A stretch of DNA of 64,000 nt from Thermoproteus sp. GTDB taxonomy: Archaea > Thermoproteota > Thermoprotei > Thermoproteales > Thermoproteaceae. The number at the start of each line of letters is the position of its first letter. The first letter of the stretch is position 1. The notes under the pieces are model-generated. The model ran no database searches. It saw only the letters and a list, made by a program, of their open reading frames with translations, and was not told the DNA's origin. Location: the NCBI GenBank assembly GCA_049976425.1, contig JBMFIG010000001.1:32001-96000 (forward strand), given 5' to 3'. Both the position numbers and the translations under genes were made by a program. Shown one piece after another: positions 58,267 through 64,000 of this stretch.

Positions 58267-59024
58267 GAGGGCTTGCGGCGAGCTTCTACGCGGCGTTTAA
58301 GACGCTGTCGAGATCCCTAGCGTCGGCCCTATTCATATCGATACTGCCCCCTCTCTTCTCCTCTCTGCTCCTAGCCGGCGGCTGGTTGCTCTCGGGTGCG
58401 GTTGACGTCGATAAGTACCTATATCAGCTGGTCGGCTCGTCGTTGTTGGTGCTGGGCCAGATAGCGGTTGGCGAGACCGTGTGGGTGGTCAGGGACTACG
58501 TGAGGGAAGGCCTATACGACTACATTCTGGCGTCGCCCTCGCGCATACTCGAGACGTTCTACGGCGTATTCCTCGCCGAGGCGCTGATATTCAGCGGCCT
58601 TTCTCTGGCCCTCACGGCTGTGATAGTGGGCGCCGTAAAGGGGCCGATATACGGCGTGGCAACAGCCGTCGCCTACGCGTTGGCCTTTGTCGGGATACTG
58701 CCGGTCTTGGGCATAGGCATAATACTGGCGTCTCTGTTGCCTGTGGTGAGGGATCCGGGCGTTCTCGTCATGCCCGTAGGCGCCGTCCTGACGCTGCTCG
58801 GCGGCGTCATATACCCGCTATCGATCCTCCCGCCCTATTTAGAGCTGGCCGCTTCGGCGCTTCCGATGGCCGCCCTGGCGCAGGCCGTGAGGGATTTCGC
58901 GCTAGGCCTCAAGCTACAGATCGAGAGCCTGGGGCTCCTGGGGGCCTACATGCTCTACGTCCTTGTGGGCTTGTTGGTGTTCCGGGTGATGAACGCCTAT
59001 GCGAGACGCCGCGGGATCGCCTAG
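58260..59024 (+). CDS. ABC-2 type exporter permease
   Basis: 6 TM; EGLYDYILASP and GGVIYPLSILP. Confidence 0.8.
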   Translation: MLRGLAASFYAAFKTLSRSLASALFISILPPLFSSLLLAGGWLLSGAVDVDKYLYQLVGSSLLVLGQIAVGETVWVVRDYVREGLYDYILASPSRILETFYGVFLAEALIFSGLSLALTAVIVGAVKGPIYGVATAVAYALAFVGILPVLGIGIILASLLPVVRDPGVLVMPVGAVLTLLGGVIYPLSILPPYLELAASALPMAALAQAVRDFALGLKLQIESLGLLGAYMLYVLVGLLVFRVMNAYARRRGIA

Positions 59025-59793
59025 GGCCCTCCTACGCGAGCTGGCCAGGGAGTATCTTAGGTTCTCGCGTCTCAACGCACGCGCCTGGCAGAGGGTCGTC
59101 TCGGTCTCTGTATCGATGTCGCTTTGGCTGATAGCCGCGATAATTGCCATGTCGTGGTACGGCGTAGCCAGGGCGAGGATCAACAGGTATATGTTTTGGA
59201 CTTTCCTGACCTACTTCCTGTACTCCGAGCCTGTGTGGGCCGCCGCAGAGGCCAGATCTAGCCTCAGAGGCGGCGTAGCCGAGCAGATACTGGCGGCGCG
59301 CGGAGGTCTCGCCTCTGTGTTGCTCCCATGGCTTCTCGTCGACTCGTCGATCTGGTCGTCGGTCGATTCGGCCATGTTGTTGGCTATATTTGCGTTGATA
59401 TTCGGCGGGACGCCTAGGCTAGAACAACCGTTGCTCTTCGCCGCGGCGCTTCCACCCCTCATGGCGTTCTCGTTGGCTGTAGGCGTGGCGGCTGTATATC
59501 TCATGAACATGACCGAGAACACTTGGGTGGTCGGTCTCGCGCTACAGCTGGTGGTGCCTCTCATGGGCGGGATCATCCCGCCTACCGCGTTGCCTAAAGA
59601 GATAGCGCACGCCCTCTTGTTGTCGCCGCTCCAGTACGTGATAGCTCCCCCAATCTATGCGGGGACGGGTATGTGGCCTCTCGATCCCGTTATAGTCTTA
59701 ACTACAGACTATATTTTATCAATTATATCAATTATACTTATATTTAAAATCGATAAAATAGCTAAATATTATTTATATTTACTCTCTAGGTAA
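58999..59793 (+). CDS. ABC-2 type exporter permease
   Basis: 6 TM; GVAEQILA and GGIIPPTALP...SPLQY. Confidence 0.7.
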   Translation: MRDAAGSPRALLRELAREYLRFSRLNARAWQRVVSVSVSMSLWLIAAIIAMSWYGVARARINRYMFWTFLTYFLYSEPVWAAAEARSSLRGGVAEQILAARGGLASVLLPWLLVDSSIWSSVDSAMLLAIFALIFGGTPRLEQPLLFAAALPPLMAFSLAVGVAAVYLMNMTENTWVVGLALQLVVPLMGGIIPPTALPKEIAHALLLSPLQYVIAPPIYAGTGMWPLDPVIVLTTDYILSIISIILIFKIDKIAKYYLYLLSR

Positions 59794-61247
59794 TTTAGTA
59801 GGTAGGTCGGGTTGTACGTCTCGCCGGTCGCGCGCCTCACTAACTCCTTCGGCGGATATACGGCGCCCCACTTGTGTATCTTCTCGCGCAACCACTCCTT
59901 AATCTCGGCGAATCTCCCGGCGGCCACGGCCTCCTCGAGAGGGCCGAAGGCGTGGCGTATCTGGGCCGCTATTACGTTGCCCAACGTGTACGTGGGGAAG
60001 TACCCTATGCTTCCGTGGGACCAGTGTATGTCCTGGAGCACGCCCTCGGCGTCGTTCCTGGGCCGTATGCCGAGGAGCTTCTCCATCTCGTCGTTCCAGA
60101 GAGCCGGCAGATCGGCGACCTTGACCTCTCCGGCCACCATAAGCCTCTCTAGCCTGTAGCGGAGCAGTATGTGCAAGTTGTAGGTGACTTCGTCCGCCTC
60201 GGTCCTTATCAGGCTGGGCCTCACTATGTTGAAGTAGTAGTAGAGGTCGTCGTCGGAGTATTTGGATAGGAAGGGCAGATGCCTCCTCAGTATAGGCGCT
60301 ATGTGGGCCGTGAAGCTCCTCGATCTGCCGACGATGTTCTCCCAGAACCTCGACTGCGACTCGTGCACCCCTAGCGAGACGCCGGTGCCGATAGGAGTGA
60401 ATGCATAGCTCTCGTCTATCTGTAGCTCGTATAGCGCGTGGCCGAACTCGTGGATGGCTGAGAACAAGGGCTCTCTGAAGTCCTTGGGAGGATATCTGAC
60501 GGTTATCCTCACGTCGAACGGCGAGGCCAAGCCCGTAGTGAAGGGGTGCGGCGACACGTCTATCCTGAACCGCCTTTGGGGATATCCTATGAGGCCTAGG
60601 ATCTCCCTTATGGCGGCCTCCATGCTCTGTCTGTCGTAAGGCTCCTCCTCTAGGGGATGCGACCTCGGCCACCCTCCGGCCTCGAGCTTGCCTAGGAGGC
60701 GCCTTATCCCAGGCTCCAGCACCGAGAATATCGAGTCGACGTCCCGCGACGTCAAGCCCTCCTCGTATAGGTCGAGAAGGGCGTCGTAGGGATGTTCGTC
60801 GTACCCCAGCTTATCCGCTATCACTTTGGTCAGCTCCACGATCCTCTCCAGATACGGCGCGAAGATCTTGAAGTCGGCCTTCTCCTTGGCAGTGCGCCAG
60901 GCGACGAAGGCCTCGCTGGTCGTCTTGGCGAATTCGGCGACTATCTCGGGAGGCACCCTCCTGTAGAACTTGAGATCCCTCTCGAGCATGCGGATTATGC
61001 CCCTCTCGACGTCGGTGAGGTCCCTCTCCTCCTTGGCCTTGTCTATCAGCTTGACGAACGACTCGTCCAGCATCAGCTTCTGGATAAGCTTGGCTATCTC
61101 GGCGGCGGCCAGCGACCTCCCGCCGATCCCCTCCTCCGGCATGTAGACCTCTCGGTCCCAGCCCAACACGCCGCTGGCGTGGTTAAGCGCCCAGATAGTC
61201 CTGTAGCGCTCCAAGATCTCCTTGACCGTAGACGATTTAATCTCCAT
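59769..61247 (-). CDS. thermostable carboxypeptidase, M32 family
   Basis: HPF, DVRIT, HEFGH, HESQ, IRTEAD, QDIHW and GYFPTY. Confidence 0.95.
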   Translation of the reverse strand: MEIKSSTVKEILERYRTIWALNHASGVLGWDREVYMPEEGIGGRSLAAAEIAKLIQKLMLDESFVKLIDKAKEERDLTDVERGIIRMLERDLKFYRRVPPEIVAEFAKTTSEAFVAWRTAKEKADFKIFAPYLERIVELTKVIADKLGYDEHPYDALLDLYEEGLTSRDVDSIFSVLEPGIRRLLGKLEAGGWPRSHPLEEEPYDRQSMEAAIREILGLIGYPQRRFRIDVSPHPFTTGLASPFDVRITVRYPPKDFREPLFSAIHEFGHALYELQIDESYAFTPIGTGVSLGVHESQSRFWENIVGRSRSFTAHIAPILRRHLPFLSKYSDDDLYYYFNIVRPSLIRTEADEVTYNLHILLRYRLERLMVAGEVKVADLPALWNDEMEKLLGIRPRNDAEGVLQDIHWSHGSIGYFPTYTLGNVIAAQIRHAFGPLEEAVAAGRFAEIKEWLREKIHKWGAVYPPKELVRRATGETYNPTYLLNYLESKYK

Positions 61248-61404
61248 AGAGCCGCGTTCCAATAAATATATATCGATTCCGTCGAGCGTGTAGCCGACGC
61301 GGTCGTTGACGGCTTTCAAATGCCCATCCTATGCAGATTAGACTAAAAATATTATAATAATTTAGCCTATTGTGCAAGTTGAAAATAATAAAGAAACCCG
61401 GGGA

Positions 61405-62403
61405 ATGTATATAACGGTGAATCCTAGAAGGATTCTAGCAGGCGTAGCCATATCAGTAGTAGCCATATCGGTATTGTTAATACTGTTGAATGTCTGGGCG
61501 AAACAACTGGTACAGTACTCAGCAAGCCAGGCCGCAGACTACTACGCAACCGAGTCCTTCTACGGCGATGTGAGGTTCAACAATATAACTGAGGCTCAGA
61601 GATATCTAGGCAACTTCGTGAGCAGTATGGGGAATTTCCTAGCATCTAGGGCGACAGCTATGCTTGCTCGAAGCAACGTGCACTACCTCAGTAGATCAGC
61701 TCTGCGGGGCACTCCGCTGGAGGCTCTCGTCAACCGCACGGTCGCGGTCGTGGAAGGCGGCGGGCACTTGTACGCGGTTGTGTTGCCCAGAGGAGCCCCG
61801 CAACCTGCATCCAGCTTCGAGGTGTATGATGTGGCCACTGGACGCGAAGTGCCCTCCAGGACGGTAGTAGTTGCGTCGGCAGACAGCGAATACCACATAC
61901 CGCTCGATAGGAACGCGACGGAGGTTATGAAGGCCGGGGGCAGGGTGTATAAGGTAGTCATAGAGACGGCGCAACCGCTGGATGCGGTAGTGCTCTACAG
62001 CTATTATGGAGTATCGTGGTACTGGCTCGGCGCATGGGCGGCGTCGACATACGCCGCTGGGTACTTCTCCGTGAATCTAGGACAGGGAGTCGCGGACGTC
62101 CTCCCCGCCGGCTGGGTCGATACAAATTACAACGTTACAGTATGTCAGACAAACGCGCCGGGCACTACGTACTATTCATCGTCTCACCGCTACGTAGCGG
62201 TGCAGACAACATCGGTGCACGCAAACTATTACTGCCCCGGTAGCACGGCGTTAGTAAGCTACCCATGGATAGCTATAGATGGAGTCACGGGCCAGTGGAT
62301 TTACCCCACAGGTTTACCTGGCTATAAGTCCTGGAGCCCTACCTACTGCGTATGTGGCAATATACAAATAACGCTACCTCCTCCATCGCTACCGGAGGGC
62401 TGA
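61405..62403 (+). CDS. secreted/membrane-anchored protein with aromatic, Cys-containing C-terminal domain
   Basis: N-terminal TM, middle domain, C-terminal W/Y/G/T-rich domain with 4 Cys; AT-rich promoter; lone gene. Confidence 0.75.
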   Translation: MYITVNPRRILAGVAISVVAISVLLILLNVWAKQLVQYSASQAADYYATESFYGDVRFNNITEAQRYLGNFVSSMGNFLASRATAMLARSNVHYLSRSALRGTPLEALVNRTVAVVEGGGHLYAVVLPRGAPQPASSFEVYDVATGREVPSRTVVVASADSEYHIPLDRNATEVMKAGGRVYKVVIETAQPLDAVVLYSYYGVSWYWLGAWAASTYAAGYFSVNLGQGVADVLPAGWVDTNYNVTVCQTNAPGTTYYSSSHRYVAVQTTSVHANYYCPGSTALVSYPWIAIDGVTGQWIYPTGLPGYKSWSPTYCVCGNIQITLPPPSLPEG

Positions 62404-62436
62404 TTCCCCTACAGATACCGATTTTCCTGTTCTCAA

Positions 62437-63192
62437 CTACTCTATTGGTATCTCGATCTCCTTAGTCGCAGACATGGCCATCAGTAGCTCCCTCACAGTG
62501 ATGTCGGGCCTGGCCCTCAGCAGAGATACAGCCGCCTTGGTTCTCTCTGGGCAGTAGGCCGCGGCGATCTCCTCGGCGTCCTCTTCGGCCAACACATCGG
62601 GTAGCTGGACGGATACGGCGGTCAGTATATTGCCCAGCGGCGGGATCTTCGACGCGAGCTTCTCGTAGACCTCGGGCAGGAACGACACCACGAATCCGGC
62701 CCTATCGAGGCCCATGTTCCTTATCCTGTGGAGGGCCGAGGCGGCTTGGAAGAACTGCGGGTCCTCCGGGCTCGGCATCCACTCGTCTAAGGCCACCACA
62801 ACTCTGCCGGGGGCTAGATCCAACGCCGCGGAGAGAGTCCACGAGGGGTCTCCTTGGGCCAACGAGAGGAGTCCCTGGAAGCCGTACCGCCTGTACACAT
62901 CGACCACCTTAGACCGGGCTGTGGACCTCGCCGCGAGCCTCCAAGCTACGACCGCCGCCATGTAGGCCAGACTCCTCTCTGGGAACTCCGTGGCGTCTAT
63001 GTATATGCAGTCCGTCCTCTCGCAGAGGGCGTACAGAACCTGTGTCTTGCCCATCCCGGCTCTCCCTATCAGCGCAGACAACGGGTATCTGGAGGCGAGC
63101 TCGGCGAGCTCTTCGAGGGCTTGTATCCACCGCCTGCCCGCCAGCTTCGCGTCGCGCTTGGCGACCGGCCAGGACGGTATAGCGCACGACAC
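62437..63192 (-). CDS. small P-loop ATPase (AAA-like)
   Basis: Walker A GRAGMGKT and Walker B VVVALDEW. Confidence 0.75.
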   Translation of the reverse strand: MSCAIPSWPVAKRDAKLAGRRWIQALEELAELASRYPLSALIGRAGMGKTQVLYALCERTDCIYIDATEFPERSLAYMAAVVAWRLAARSTARSKVVDVYRRYGFQGLLSLAQGDPSWTLSAALDLAPGRVVVALDEWMPSPEDPQFFQAASALHRIRNMGLDRAGFVVSFLPEVYEKLASKIPPLGNILTAVSVQLPDVLAEEDAEEIAAAYCPERTKAAVSLLRARPDITVRELLMAMSATKEIEIPIE

Positions 63193-63239
63193 GTAACGTC
63201 CAGCGAGGCCGTAATTAAAGGAGATAGGTAATACCCTTC

Positions 63240-63728
63240 CTATACCCCTGTCTTCTTTATGTAGCCGTAGCCTCTGCCGTTTACGTAAACCTTTTCGTCC
63301 CCTCCCTCAAGCAGTACATACTTCCCACGCCGCTCCGCCAAAAGCCGGGCCAGCCTCTCGACGAACTCGGCCTCGGAGAGCCCCAGTTTGCTCGTGACGA
63401 AGTCCTTCACGGCCTTCAGAGGCGCGTAGCCTGTCGGGCCCGCCGAGTGTTTTATGGCGATGTCCAAGACTTGGTCGAAATCGGCGCCCTCAGCGCGCCG
63501 GCCCTCCAGCCGCGAGACCCTCTCCTCTAGCTCCAGCAACTTGCTCAAGACAAGGCTCCACCCGTCCTCGATGACGTACCTCACGCCTCTCCCCGCTTGT
63601 TCGGGCCTAGCGCCCAGTCTCGCCGCCAGCTCGTCCGCGGCGAGGCCCATCCTCCTCGCCGCCCTTTCGAGATCGCTCCGCCTGATATAGATCTTGCCCC
63701 CCTCCGTCAGCCCAACGGCTAGCTCCAC
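63240..63728 (-). CDS. hypothetical protein with coiled coil and probable C-terminal winged helix
   Basis: LLELEERVSRLE coiled coil; GYAPLKAVK...LGLSEAEF...LLEGG...GYIKK. Confidence 0.7.
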   Translation of the reverse strand: MELAVGLTEGGKIYIRRSDLERAARRMGLAADELAARLGARPEQAGRGVRYVIEDGWSLVLSKLLELEERVSRLEGRRAEGADFDQVLDIAIKHSAGPTGYAPLKAVKDFVTSKLGLSEAEFVERLARLLAERRGKYVLLEGGDEKVYVNGRGYGYIKKTGV

Positions 63729-63809
63729 GCGATGTCGAGACGCCGAGTTAAAAATGCCATGGGTCAGATAAAGGTTATTACCCGATGAGCTTCTGCCGAA
63801 ATGCCTGAT

Positions 63810-64000
63810 GTGCGAATCGTGGAGAGAGTCGCCGAATTCGTCAAGCTGAGGGAGGACGAGTTCGTCGCGCCTGTGTTGCGACGCGCCGGCGTCGACGTCT
63901 TCGAGTTGCTGGTGGCCGTGGTACTGACGCAGAACACCTCAGACAGGAACGCGTTCCGCGCATATTACAACCTCAAGAACGCTGTGGGGCGGATAACCCC
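63810..64000 (+). CDS. nth: endonuclease III (HhH-GPD glycosylase), truncated by window edge
   Basis: Manual translation MRIVERVAEFVKLREDEFVAPVLRRAGVDVFELLVAVVLTQNTSDRNAFRAYYNL; FELLVAVVLTQNT is the EndoIII signature. Confidence 0.85.
   Translation, partial: MRIVERVAEFVKLREDEFVAPVLRRAGVDVFELLVAVVLTQNTSDRNAFRAYYNLKNAVGRIT

Noticed and set aside
59899-60672. 257-aa Arg-rich ORF and the many similar alternative-frame ORFs in the track
   Set aside because: They are frame-shifted or antisense shadows of well-supported genes, with R/G/P-biased composition typical of high-GC DNA.
1-64000. tRNA, rRNA, CRISPR array or permuted SRP RNA gene
   Set aside because: No cloverleaf/T-loop context, no regularly spaced repeats, and no intergenic space large enough were found by eye.

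Overview
A gene-dense, GC-rich 64 kb chromosomal segment from a hyperthermophilic crenarchaeon. The best fit is Thermoproteaceae (Thermoproteus/Pyrobaculum-like), inferred from leaderless genes about 27 nt behind TTTAAA/TATA boxes, split A-type ATP synthase genes, a Pyrobaculum-type pilin, XPB-Bax1 and C/D sRNAs. Most of about 65 CDSs are housekeeping or metabolic (atpH/C/K/D, hisS, hisA/B/F, pyrB/F/I, guaA, ilvD, mtnA, coaD, dtdA, Thg1, peptidases, transporters). I found no tRNA, rRNA, CRISPR array, integrase or transposase. Features absent from the ORF track: four canonical C/D box sRNA genes, each behind a TATA-like box; a fifth sRNA-like unit with permuted box order (D-C-guide-D'-C') and complementary ends; a 50-aa ORF between atpD and atpK; several perfect palindromes at promoters; and sharply bounded AT-rich patches inside coding sequences. 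The most unusual proteins are two lone, lower-GC secreted proteins (one with a leukocidin/cytolysin-like signature), a small P-loop ATPase plus partner, a MYG1-family nuclease and a SecB-like protein. All product calls come from motif recognition by eye; no database search was run.
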